A stretch of 64,000 nucleotides of DNA from Candidatus Bipolaricaulota bacterium (lineage in GTDB: Bacteria > Bipolaricaulota > Bipolaricaulia > RBG-16-55-9 > DRXL01), in the NCBI GenBank assembly GCA_025060395.1, contig JANXCC010000001.1, forward strand, positions 42,538-106,537. Direction: 5' to 3'. Below are positions 1 to 8,656 of this stretch, piece by piece. A program made the translations under genes and the position numbers. How positions within the stretch are numbered: position 1 is the first letter of the stretch; each line of letters starts with the position of its first letter. Below the pieces are notes generated by a model. The model did not search any database and was not told the origin of the DNA. It saw nothing but the letters and a program-made list of their open reading frames with translations.

Positions 1-44
1 ATGCTAGCCAAACTCCCCGAAAAGAGAACGATCGCTTTAGTCAC
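1..44 (-). CDS. 5' fragment of a PP-loop-like protein running off the window edge
   Basis: GTG at 44 after a G-rich SD reads (M)TKAIVLFSGSLAS, resembling the KAxVLFSGGLDS PP-loop start; only about 14 codons are visible. Confidence 0.35.
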   Translation of the reverse strand, partial: MTKAIVLFSGSLAS

Positions 45-75
45 TTCCCCATCCCTCCCCCTTTCCCCTTAGAGA

Positions 76-615
76 TCAATATATGGGTTCAAGGAGCTCG
101 TAACGCCCGTCTTTGTGGCGATGGAGGATCTGGAGTTCTTGGGTCTCCGCGTCCACAAAGATCAAAAAGTCTCTCTCGGCGCTCGATTCGAGCTGGAGGC
201 GAGCCTCCTCGAGCGTCATGGGTTTGCGCAAGTAGACTTTTGTATATGTGATACTATCTTCACTGGGCGGTTGAGCCTCAGCGATGGCCCGCTGGCGGGC
301 TTGAGCCACAGCTTGACGGGCCGGACGCTTCTCCCGTAGCTGATCTTTATACTTTTTGAGCTGTTGCTTGAGCTTATCGACGGCTTCGTCGATAGATGCG
401 TACATATCGTCGGACTCAGCGCGGGCCTTCACAACCTTGCGCTTGACCAGATGAGCCACGATCTCCACAATCTGTCGTTCTTTCTCAACGTCCATGACGA
501 TATCGACGCTGACGATGCCATCGAAGAAACGGGAGAGGGCTTCAACCTTCTCAATAGCGTACTGATTGAGCGCTTCGCTCTCGGCCATGTGGCGTTCAGA
601 GACTCGGATCTTCAT
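76..615 (-). CDS. hpf: ribosome hibernation promoting factor, long HPF
   Basis: S30AE domain (ALNQYAIEKV, DMYASIDEAVDKLKQQLKKYK) plus C-terminal KPMTLEEARLQL; start moved to MKIRV, downstream of a promoter. Confidence 0.92.
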   Translation of the reverse strand: MKIRVSERHMAESEALNQYAIEKVEALSRFFDGIVSVDIVMDVEKERQIVEIVAHLVKRKVVKARAESDDMYASIDEAVDKLKQQLKKYKDQLREKRPARQAVAQARQRAIAEAQPPSEDSITYTKVYLRKPMTLEEARLQLESSAERDFLIFVDAETQELQILHRHKDGRYELLEPIY

Positions 616-624
616 AACGGCCAT

Positions 625-653
625 ACTATAACAGACCGAGGGAGAAAAGTCAA
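625..653 (-). promoter_or_regulatory. sigma70-type promoter of hpf
   Basis: TTGACT-17nt-TATAGT with extended TG. Confidence 0.7.
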
Positions 654-736
654 GGCAGGGACGAGAGAATCTCGAACCCTCCCCTTCTAGGAGAGCCACT
701 GGAAACCCCGAGCTATCTAGGGTAATCTTATGCTAT

Positions 737-1240
737 ATGCAAGAGCGGATACGTCGAGCTACGGCAGAGGATCTGGAGAGGATCTTTGAGATCGAGCGGT
801 TTTCGTTCTCGACGCCCTGGCCACGGGAGTACTTGGCCCAGCATTTGGGAGATGACGGCTTTGTTGTGCTAGAGTACGAGGGGCAAATTGTGGGCTACAC
901 AGTCGTCGGTGTTAAAATCCCTTCGTTTTTTGAGCGCTTGGAATGGCGGACGCGCGCGCTCCTGACTGGAGAAGAGCTCAGAGAGCCCGCCCCCGTAGGG
1001 CACATTCTGAATATCGCTGTAGACCCAAGATTTCGCGGTCGGGGCTTAGGCCAGCGTCTGCTCGAATACGCTCTCGACTACTGCCGATATTTAGGAGCCA
1101 GGCACGTTGAGCTCGAGGTGCGCACAAGCAATGCTGTAGCTATTCGGCTCTATCAGAAGTACGGCTTTGTGATTCGCGAACGGCTGCCCTATTACTACAG
1201 CGATGGTGAAGACGCCTTCGTGATGGTCAGAAAACTCTAG
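737..1240 (+). CDS. rimI: ribosomal protein alanine N-acetyltransferase (GNAT)
   Basis: IERFSFSTPW, GHILNIAVDPRFRGRGLG, LEVRTSN, YYSDGEDA motifs. Confidence 0.88.
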   Translation: MQERIRRATAEDLERIFEIERFSFSTPWPREYLAQHLGDDGFVVLEYEGQIVGYTVVGVKIPSFFERLEWRTRALLTGEELREPAPVGHILNIAVDPRFRGRGLGQRLLEYALDYCRYLGARHVELEVRTSNAVAIRLYQKYGFVIRERLPYYYSDGEDAFVMVRKL

Positions 1241-1254
1241 CTAGACGCGCGTGC

Positions 1255-1881
1255 TCAACAAGAAGCTTTGATATTCTGAGCCAGATGCTTTAGTATCCGG
1301 TCCACGTCTTCAGGGATATCGATATCCCATTGGGTTGGCTCCTCGTGTGAGGAGAGCTTGAGTTTGACAGCTGTGTTCCAATATTTCTGAATGATCGTGA
1401 GTCCGCTCTCGTCGTGGCGCAAGCTTTCAAACTCACCAAAGAGTTCTCTAGGGACGGCTACGGGGCGGCCTGGAGCCCCCCTATACAAGGGAAAGCAAAG
1501 CTTCTTCGTCTTGAGAAACGCTTCGACGACCCGCGCGATCAACTCTGGGGTCATCAGGGGCATATCGCCTAGGAGCACTAGCGCTCCAGGTGCTTCTGGT
1601 GGGACGGCGGCTAGGCCAGCTTTGAGCGATTCTGCAAGGCCGCGCTCCCAGCGCGCGTTCACGACAATCTGTAGCTTTGGCGATTCCTTCAGCTCAGCGA
1701 TAGCCGCAAGAGCCTTCTCAGATTCATATCCTAAGACGAGTATGATAGGCTCGAGCAAGGTTGCTAGTGCCGTCTTGAGAGTATGATAGAGCACGGGATG
1801 ATCTCCCAGATTGAGAGAGAGCTTATTCTGCCCGAAGCGTCGTCCTGCCCCAGCAGCGAGCACGATCCCGGGAATGGCCAT
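1255..1881 (-). CDS. MobA/MocA-like NTP transferase (molybdenum cofactor cytidylyltransferase family)
   Basis: IVLAAGAGRRFGQNKL, LLGDMP, DIDIPED motifs. Confidence 0.85.
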   Translation of the reverse strand: MAIPGIVLAAGAGRRFGQNKLSLNLGDHPVLYHTLKTALATLLEPIILVLGYESEKALAAIAELKESPKLQIVVNARWERGLAESLKAGLAAVPPEAPGALVLLGDMPLMTPELIARVVEAFLKTKKLCFPLYRGAPGRPVAVPRELFGEFESLRHDESGLTIIQKYWNTAVKLKLSSHEEPTQWDIDIPEDVDRILKHLAQNIKASC

Positions 1882-1927
1882 GGTTGATTTTGATTGTAAT
1901 AGAGGGTAAGAGGACGGTGCAAGGATC

Positions 1928-1956
1928 TTGACACTTACAAGGTTTTATGTTAAATT
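1928..1956 (+). promoter_or_regulatory. sigma70-type promoter
   Basis: TTGACA-17nt-TAAATT with extended TG. Confidence 0.65.
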
Positions 1957-2015
1957 TAGCTTGGCAGGAGTAACACCGTAACAAAACTTGGGTCCCACAA
2001 AAGGGGGTGGATGCG

Positions 2016-3506
2016 ATGAGATCCCTATGGAAGTGGGTTGTCGTGCTTGTTGTTGCAGGCGGGCTTGTAGTTGGAACAGCCAACGAGCCAGTCCGCGGCC
2101 ACGAGGAGGTCCTTGAACCAGCTGTGCTCGAGGCCCAACCGGAAGCCTGGACGGCCGTGACCCTTGGAGTTTCTGGACGGAGAGCCGGTGACTTCTTCAT
2201 TGATGTCGATATAGACGTGGACCCGCGCGATCCGAATAACCCGGACGATGATAACATCTACGTTGTAGCTACGCGCGTAGAAGGGAGCGATTTCATCCTC
2301 TTCTTGTATGTCTCGAAGGACAGTGGCAAGACGTGGGTCAAGTATCGAATTAAGACATGCTCAGGAATAGAGTGTTTCCAGCCACGGGTAGCGGTCGGCT
2401 CCTTCACGGAAGCAAACATCGTGGCGGTCGGCTGGCAGGATCTGACGCCGGGGAACCTCGATGTCTTTGTGCAGGCCTTCTGTATCCCAAAGTCTCAAGC
2501 TGCTGAGGTCCCACAGCTAGTTGTCGAGAGCGCCTTGCCACAGCTGCGCTGCCCTGACAAGCCTGCACTCCAACCCGATCCCAAGCAGGAGCCGCGCGAT
2601 CCCTACGTTGAGGATACTAGCCCATTGCCTTTAATCCCGCTCACGGACGAGATGGTCAACGTCTCCAATTCCGATGCGATCTCGGGCAATCATGAGATCG
2701 GGGGTCGGGAGTGGGCCGGTAGCTGGGACTTGTCAATCAACTCTCATCCGAATTGTTTGACCAACGGCTTCCCGCTCATCTGGACCATCTGGGCTGAAGA
2801 CATCAACGCGGATATGCTCTACAGCCTCTCCAAGGATGGCCAGACTTGGAGCGCTCCAGCTAAGCTGCCTTTCGCCTCAGGTCAAACGCGCTTCCCATCG
2901 GCTTATACTGACAGGAATGGCGTGATGTACGCGGGCTCGACCCTCTCTGTTTCACCAGCGGAGGTCTACTTGACAGCCTCGGACAATTGCGGGGCGAGCT
3001 GGGGCCCGGTGGTGAATCTGAGCAGTAATCCTGGCTTCTCCGATGCTCCTCAGGTGGCTGTCACCGATGATGGGAAGGTTCATATTGTGTGGGACGATAC
3101 GACCGGGACAGCGAATGTAGATGATTTCTATACGAGCTGTACCCGCCAGGGTAATGTCCTCTCTTGCGCTCTTGCTAGGAGCATAGCTAAAGACGGGGCC
3201 TTCCCCACCCTCGCTACAGATGGAAAGGTGCTCTATATGCCCTATCGCAATACACCTGGGGGCCGGACAGCGGGTGTGGGCTTCAGCTGCTCGACTGATG
3301 GTGGCGCGACGTGGTTGCCCGCTTATGAGCTACCAGGGTCAGCAGTGGCTAGCCCAACCTTCGTCATGCCTTGGGGATATGTCCACTTCTTGATGATCAA
3401 GGCAGCAGCGGCGGGGGATCGCGTCTACGTAGTCTGGGCTCAGGCAGGAGATGCACCAACAAGGTTCCTCAACGTCCGGCTGGCGTGGCGCAAGGGTTGT
3501 GGATAG
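2016..3506 (+). CDS. secreted Asp-box/BNR beta-propeller (sialidase-fold) protein
   Basis: Signal peptide MRSLWKWVVVLVVA; Asp boxes SKDSGKTW, SKDGQTW, SDNCGASW, STDGGATW; Cys-rich. Confidence 0.75.
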   Translation: MRSLWKWVVVLVVAGGLVVGTANEPVRGHEEVLEPAVLEAQPEAWTAVTLGVSGRRAGDFFIDVDIDVDPRDPNNPDDDNIYVVATRVEGSDFILFLYVSKDSGKTWVKYRIKTCSGIECFQPRVAVGSFTEANIVAVGWQDLTPGNLDVFVQAFCIPKSQAAEVPQLVVESALPQLRCPDKPALQPDPKQEPRDPYVEDTSPLPLIPLTDEMVNVSNSDAISGNHEIGGREWAGSWDLSINSHPNCLTNGFPLIWTIWAEDINADMLYSLSKDGQTWSAPAKLPFASGQTRFPSAYTDRNGVMYAGSTLSVSPAEVYLTASDNCGASWGPVVNLSSNPGFSDAPQVAVTDDGKVHIVWDDTTGTANVDDFYTSCTRQGNVLSCALARSIAKDGAFPTLATDGKVLYMPYRNTPGGRTAGVGFSCSTDGGATWLPAYELPGSAVASPTFVMPWGYVHFLMIKAAAAGDRVYVVWAQAGDAPTRFLNVRLAWRKGCG

Positions 3507-3525
3507 AGCTTGTTGGCCATGTAGG

Positions 3526-3559
3526 GGGCACGGAAGGGTTCTTCCGTGTCCTTTTTTTT
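3526..3559 (+). terminator. intrinsic terminator
   Basis: GGGCACGGAAG-GGTT-CTTCCGTGTCC hairpin followed by T8. Confidence 0.9.
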
Positions 3560-3582
3560 GGTATAGCCGGCATTAAGAGGGC

Positions 3583-3612
3583 TTGACATTTAAAGGGCTT
3601 TTATGCTAAGAT
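3583..3612 (+). promoter_or_regulatory. sigma70-type promoter
   Basis: TTGACA-18nt-TAAGAT with extended TG; resembles the promoter at 1928. Confidence 0.65.
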
Positions 3613-3803
3613 TCCATCGAGCAGGAGCGCATGGACCAAAAAGCATCGTAAGGCCGAATAGTGTACCCTTAAAGGAGTCCTGCGCTAATGAAGTCCTGTT
3701 CTACATGAAGGGGGGGTGAGAATCACAAGGGCCAAAGACGACTTACATTCTTCTCACGGTCTCAAAGACTCAAATTCTAATCCTTTATGTGAGGTGATCA
3801 GCA

Positions 3804-5015
3804 GTGAAGTCTCTGTGGAAATGGGGAGTTGTTGCAATAGCTATTGCGCTCTTTGTGGTCTGGGGCAGCCAGGCGCAAGACTGGAAGATCCAATCGGTAG
3901 CTCAAGGGCCTGATGCTGCCAGGCAGCGTGTCTTGGAACCCGATATTGCTGTAGCGCCCGCAGGCAAGGTCTACATCAGCTATATCGATCAAAAAGCCAA
4001 TGCGATCAAGATCCTCCAGTTAGGGGGACCAACGGCCGAGCTGGTGCGTGATACGGGCCGCGTGGCCGGGACAACGGTTGCGGCTACTGATGAGCTCGTT
4101 TGTGTCTCGTGGGAGGAATTGAGCGACAGCTCCGGTGTGCACGAGATCTGGCAGGCATGCTGGAAGGCCGATCTCTCCGCTCTTGCTAGCGATCCCGTGC
4201 GCTTGTCTTCTGAAGGGATAATCGCCGGTCAGGCTAACGGGGCTGGCTGGGGTGAGTTCGGTCTGAACTTTGATAACACCTTCGCTCCTGACGGCACACT
4301 CTATGCCGTTTGGACAGAGGACTACAGCAAGCTTGTAGCAGCTAGAACTGTTGGTGGCAATGTTCAGCGCTGCGGCGATTTCCCAGCGCTACCTATCCCT
4401 GATGCTCCCAATCGTTATCCCACAATCTACGTTGACGATAAGGGTGGTGTCTGGGCTGCCGTCGGCGATGTCTCTAATCCACCCGGGCCGAACATCTGGG
4501 TCTTCTACTCCAATGATCAGTGTGCCAGCTGGAAGGGCCCTGTCGATGTCACCCCGACCGGCCTCTACAGCGATGGTGTGGGGATCGCTATCCTGGGCAC
4601 CAAGGTCTATTTCGTCTATGATGAGGACCAGGGTGCTGATCCTGGCACCGCGAACATCGACGTGACGACTTGCGATGCCACGCCTAACGGGCCGGCAAAC
4701 TGCGCGCGCAAGACTGTCCACAAGAAAGGTGGCTTCCCCCATGTCGCTACGGATGGCAAGGGGCTGTACGTCACTTCAACAAACGAGAGTGAAGTGAAGT
4801 TCAGCTACTCCTGCGATGCTGGCGAGAAGTGGGTAGAGGCGCACATTCCAAACAAGTACAACCTGGGGTTCCGCGATCCGGACTTCGGAGCGGCGCTCTC
4901 GCGCATGCGTGTGGCGACCAGCCCAGGGTCATCTGACGTCTACGTCGTGTGGTTCTGGCGTGCTGAAGGCAGGAGCAACATCATGCTCGCCTCACGCCCC
5001 AAGCCTTGCAAGTAG
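3804..5015 (+). CDS. secreted Asp-box beta-propeller protein, paralog of 2016-3506
   Basis: Signal peptide MKSLWKWGVVAIA; SNDQCASW, SCDAGEKW; shares GFP/AFP-xxATDGK and VYVVW segments with the upstream gene. Confidence 0.75.
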   Translation: MKSLWKWGVVAIAIALFVVWGSQAQDWKIQSVAQGPDAARQRVLEPDIAVAPAGKVYISYIDQKANAIKILQLGGPTAELVRDTGRVAGTTVAATDELVCVSWEELSDSSGVHEIWQACWKADLSALASDPVRLSSEGIIAGQANGAGWGEFGLNFDNTFAPDGTLYAVWTEDYSKLVAARTVGGNVQRCGDFPALPIPDAPNRYPTIYVDDKGGVWAAVGDVSNPPGPNIWVFYSNDQCASWKGPVDVTPTGLYSDGVGIAILGTKVYFVYDEDQGADPGTANIDVTTCDATPNGPANCARKTVHKKGGFPHVATDGKGLYVTSTNESEVKFSYSCDAGEKWVEAHIPNKYNLGFRDPDFGAALSRMRVATSPGSSDVYVVWFWRAEGRSNIMLASRPKPCK

Positions 5016-5035
5016 GCCACTAACGTTGGTAGCTT

Positions 5036-5070
5036 GAGGGGCTAAGCTTTCGGCTTAGCCCCTCTTTGTT
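5036..5070 (+). terminator. intrinsic terminator between convergent genes
   Basis: GAGGGGCTAAGC-TTTCG-GCTTAGCCCCTC followed by TTTGTT. Confidence 0.85.
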
Positions 5071-5168
5071 TCTTCGAAAGTGGGGAGGTCAGGCAAGCGA
5101 ATACCGTCACACGCGCTACGGGCAGCAAAGTCTTCGTTAAAGATGGCGGCTACTCGACCAATCGTGAT

Positions 5169-5435
5169 TCAAGCTTTTCGGCAGTCCGACCCGCGCACCC
5201 ATAAGTCTATAATTTTGATCATCATCTCGTCGCTGATCGGCCTAGGAATCTCCGGGCTGACCCGTCCCTGCGCAATCCATAAGTTGATCGCAATAATGAT
5301 CTCCTGATCATCAACCACAAAATCAGCGACATTGAGCCTCGCGATCAAACATGGGATAGTGCGGGACATCTCTTGTGCGGCAGCGCTCACGAGAAGGCCT
5401 AGCACGACTCCAAGCAACATCCAGCGAACTTTCAT
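5169..5435 (-). CDS. small secreted protein consisting of one duplicated-helix module (dockerin-like)
   Basis: Signal peptide ending AAAQ; VDDQEIIIAINLW...ISDEMMIKIIDLW; start overlaps the stop of the Lon-like gene. Confidence 0.7.
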   Translation of the reverse strand: MKVRWMLLGVVLGLLVSAAAQEMSRTIPCLIARLNVADFVVDDQEIIIAINLWIAQGRVSPEIPRPISDEMMIKIIDLWVRGSDCRKA

Positions 5436-7834
5436 GGTGATTTCTCTCCCTCCTCTATAGCTTCTAATCTCTTGTGAATCTCCTCGAGGCGCGCCTCGAC
5501 CAGAGCATAGAGCGTCCCCTGAGGGAATTTGCCCTCAGGGCCGCGCTCGCCAGCTTTGAGCCCAGTCAAGATCTCTAACCCCTCTTCAACAGTTCGGATG
5601 GCATAAATGTGAAACTTCCCCTCCCGCACAGCGTCGATGATCTCTTGCCGGAGCATCAAGTTATCCCGATTCTGTTCGGGGATGATGACCCCTTGATCAC
5701 CGGTCAGTCCCTGGATCTTACAGATCTTAAAAAATCCGTCGATCTTCTCGTTGACGTTGCCGATGGGCTGGATCTCACCCTTCTGATTGACTGAGCCCGT
5801 CACAGCTATGCCTTGCTTGAGAGGCACGCCCGCGATCGCTGAGATGAGCGCATATAGCTCGGCGCTCGAAGCCGAATCGCCGTCTATCTTCGTGTAGCTC
5901 TGCTCAAACGTGATGCTCGCAGAAAGACTTAACGGACGTTCTATCGCGAATTTCTCGCCGAGCCAGCCCTTTAAGATCAGGACACCCTTACTATGAATCT
6001 TCCCAGAGAGAGCGGCCTCGCGCTCGACGTTGAGCACGCCCTCCTTGCCCGTGAAGACGTTCGCCGTGATGCGTGTAGGACGCCCAAATGAGAAATCCGT
6101 CAACTGTAAGACCGAGAGACCGTTCACGCATCCGACGCGCTCTCCACGCGTGTCCACCAAGATATCCCCACGCGCGATCAGTTCGTGAATCTTCTCTTCG
6201 ATCAGGCTGTTGCGATAGTATTTCTCTTCGATGGCGCGCTCCACGTGCTCGGCTCTCACGAAGCGCGCTCCCTCACGCTCCGCCCAGTAGGAGGCTTCCC
6301 GAACTATCGTCATCAGATCGCTAAACCGGGCGGAGAGCTTCTTTTGGTCCCCTGTGAGCTCAGCGGCGTACTCTACTAAGCGCGCTAACGCCGTCTTATG
6401 GAAGTGCTTGAGCCCAGGACGCTCTCGCACTCGTGCTGCGATAAACGGCCCGAATTGCTTGATATATTTCTCATCCCAGGGGAGCTCATCGTCGAAGTCA
6501 GCCTTTACCGAGAAGAGCTTGGGAAAATCTTCATCAAACGTCTCGAGCATATAGTAGAGTTCCGGGCTACCGATCAGAATGACTTTCACGGAGAGGGGCA
6601 CTGGCTCGGGCTTGAGGCTCTCTGTGGTTGTGAATCCCAGCATCGTGGCGGGATCTTCGATCGAGATGTGCCCGCTGCGCAGGGCGATCTTGAGCGCTTC
6701 CCAGCTCATCTCGTACTTGAGGAGGTTGTCGGCGTTTAAGACCAGATAGCCGCCGTTGGCTTCGTGGAGCGAGCCGGGCTTGATCATGGTAAAATCAGCA
6801 GTCATCACGCCAAACTGCACACGCCGCTCGATCTTGCCAAAGAGATTGGTATACGTCGCGTTCTCTTGCACGACGACAGGAGCCCCTTTGGTCTTGCTAT
6901 GGTCGACCAAGACGTTCACCTTGTATCGCGTGAAGAGCTCGATCATGCCGGTGGGGATGGGGACCCCTTGGCCTTCGCCTTCGGGGGTAGGTTCGGCAAA
7001 CTCCCGAATATTCTCCAAGATATCAGCTTCGACGTCCTCGAGGAATTCGACGACGCGGGGATGCTCCTGATAACGAGTCTGTAAGCGCTGGATGAGGGGG
7101 TTCACGGTGTAGAGCGCGATGTCTCTGTCGAGCTCTTCAATAGCTTTCAGACGTTGTTCTTCAATGTTCTCGAGCTGGGTCATGGCTTCTTGGATGATCT
7201 CTTGGAGCTCTTCGCGGTAGCGCGTGATCTTATGGCGTTCTCGTTCTGGAAGGTTCAGGAAGGCATCTTCAGTGAGGGGCTTGCCGTCGTAGAGGGGGGT
7301 GGCCTGGAACCCTAGGGCTGAGAGCTGAAAGAGAAATCCGCGGCGTTGCGCTTCACGCTCGACGGCGTTGGTCACTTTGAGGCGCAGCTCATTGAACTGC
7401 TCGTCTAGGCTCTGGCGCTTCTTTCTGTATTCTTCGCTGTGGTAAGCAGCAGGGATGCGTTCGCGCAGCTTCTCTATGAGATCGTCCATATCGGCGGCGA
7501 ACCTTCGTCCCATGCCTGGGGGCAGCAGGATATATCGGGGGCAATAAGGGTCATCGAAGTTGTGGACGTAGCAGAGGTCTTGAGGTGGGGATTCCTTAAG
7601 GCTGAGTTTGTGGAGAAAGGCCTTGACGATAGAAGTTTTTCCCGTGCCAGGGCTGCCAGCAACATAGATATTGTAGCGAAAGTCTTTGATGCCCAAGCCA
7701 AGTTCGAGGGCACGTCGGGCGCGCTCCTGACCGATGACGTCATCGAGGGGTTTGCACTCGGCTGTCGTCTCGATGCCGAAGATATCAGGATCACACCGCC
7801 GGCGCAGCTCTTCCGGTGTCACCCGCTCGGCCAT
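5432..7834 (-). CDS. Lon-like protease (AAA + S16 domain, LonC/YcbZ-like architecture)
   Basis: GQERA, Walker A GSPGTGKT, PGSLHEANGGYL, catalytic DGDSASSAE, NEKIDGF. Confidence 0.9.
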   Translation of the reverse strand: MAERVTPEELRRRCDPDIFGIETTAECKPLDDVIGQERARRALELGLGIKDFRYNIYVAGSPGTGKTSIVKAFLHKLSLKESPPQDLCYVHNFDDPYCPRYILLPPGMGRRFAADMDDLIEKLRERIPAAYHSEEYRKKRQSLDEQFNELRLKVTNAVEREAQRRGFLFQLSALGFQATPLYDGKPLTEDAFLNLPERERHKITRYREELQEIIQEAMTQLENIEEQRLKAIEELDRDIALYTVNPLIQRLQTRYQEHPRVVEFLEDVEADILENIREFAEPTPEGEGQGVPIPTGMIELFTRYKVNVLVDHSKTKGAPVVVQENATYTNLFGKIERRVQFGVMTADFTMIKPGSLHEANGGYLVLNADNLLKYEMSWEALKIALRSGHISIEDPATMLGFTTTESLKPEPVPLSVKVILIGSPELYYMLETFDEDFPKLFSVKADFDDELPWDEKYIKQFGPFIAARVRERPGLKHFHKTALARLVEYAAELTGDQKKLSARFSDLMTIVREASYWAEREGARFVRAEHVERAIEEKYYRNSLIEEKIHELIARGDILVDTRGERVGCVNGLSVLQLTDFSFGRPTRITANVFTGKEGVLNVEREAALSGKIHSKGVLILKGWLGEKFAIERPLSLSASITFEQSYTKIDGDSASSAELYALISAIAGVPLKQGIAVTGSVNQKGEIQPIGNVNEKIDGFFKICKIQGLTGDQGVIIPEQNRDNLMLRQEIIDAVREGKFHIYAIRTVEEGLEILTGLKAGERGPEGKFPQGTLYALVEARLEEIHKRLEAIEEGEKSP

Positions 7835-7861
7835 CGTTCCCCCCTTGGATATACAAGGGGC

Positions 7862-8578
7862 TTAGCGAGAGACGCGGATCTCACTCTCCCCGACGACGGA
7901 AGCTACAAGGCGCGGTGAAAAGCTCGTCAGCAGCCCTTTCAGAATAAACGTGCTTGCTGAGACACTCGTCGGGACGATCAAGTCATAGATGACCGCAACC
8001 AGCTGCCCTTGGGAGAAGCGTTGAGTCCAGAGCCATTGCAGCTCGGCTTTCTTCAAGATCGCTCCGCCATTTTGGACTTCTTTCACCATCCAACCCTTGG
8101 GAGGGTCTTCGTCGAGTCCAAGCCCATTGATCGTCTGGTTGATCCTCAAGAGAATGATAATGCGCACCGTTTGTCCTGGGGTTACTATGCCACCAGGGGG
8201 CAGGGCCAACGATCGTCGCACTGTGACTGGGGCCTCAGTGACCTTCACAATCTTGCTAATTGAGCCCGTGGCACCGCGATTGTCTGTCACTCTTAGGTTG
8301 ATGCGCCATTCCCCCCCGCGGTCGAAGAGCCGCGTGATCGTCGGAACTGGCTTAGTCTCGTCGAATTTTCCGTCGCCGTTGAAGTCCCATTCGTACTTCA
8401 CGATAGATCCATCGGGATCGCGAGAGCTTGACGCGTCGAACGTCACCAGGGTATTGGTGTCAGGATTTTGGGGAGTGAAACGGAAGTCAGCGCGGGGCGG
8501 AGTGTTGCTCTGGGCTTGAGAGACGAATAGCATCCCTAAGGTTGTCAGCAGTAGCATCATCGTGAAGACGCTTCTCAT
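7862..8578 (-). CDS. secreted PKD-domain protein with C-terminal beta-sandwich module
   Basis: SD AGGAGG before MRSVF; PKD FDASSSRDPDGSIVKYEWDFNGDG; module GLGLDEDPPKGW. Confidence 0.8.
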   Translation of the reverse strand: MRSVFTMMLLLTTLGMLFVSQAQSNTPPRADFRFTPQNPDTNTLVTFDASSSRDPDGSIVKYEWDFNGDGKFDETKPVPTITRLFDRGGEWRINLRVTDNRGATGSISKIVKVTEAPVTVRRSLALPPGGIVTPGQTVRIIILLRINQTINGLGLDEDPPKGWMVKEVQNGGAILKKAELQWLWTQRFSQGQLVAVIYDLIVPTSVSASTFILKGLLTSFSPRLVASVVGESEIRVSR

Positions 8579-8656
8579 CGCACAGACCTCCTGACACAGT
8601 TTGACAGGTCTTCGGTGCCACGCTTTTTCAGCTAAACAATGCAACAGAGAACTGTC

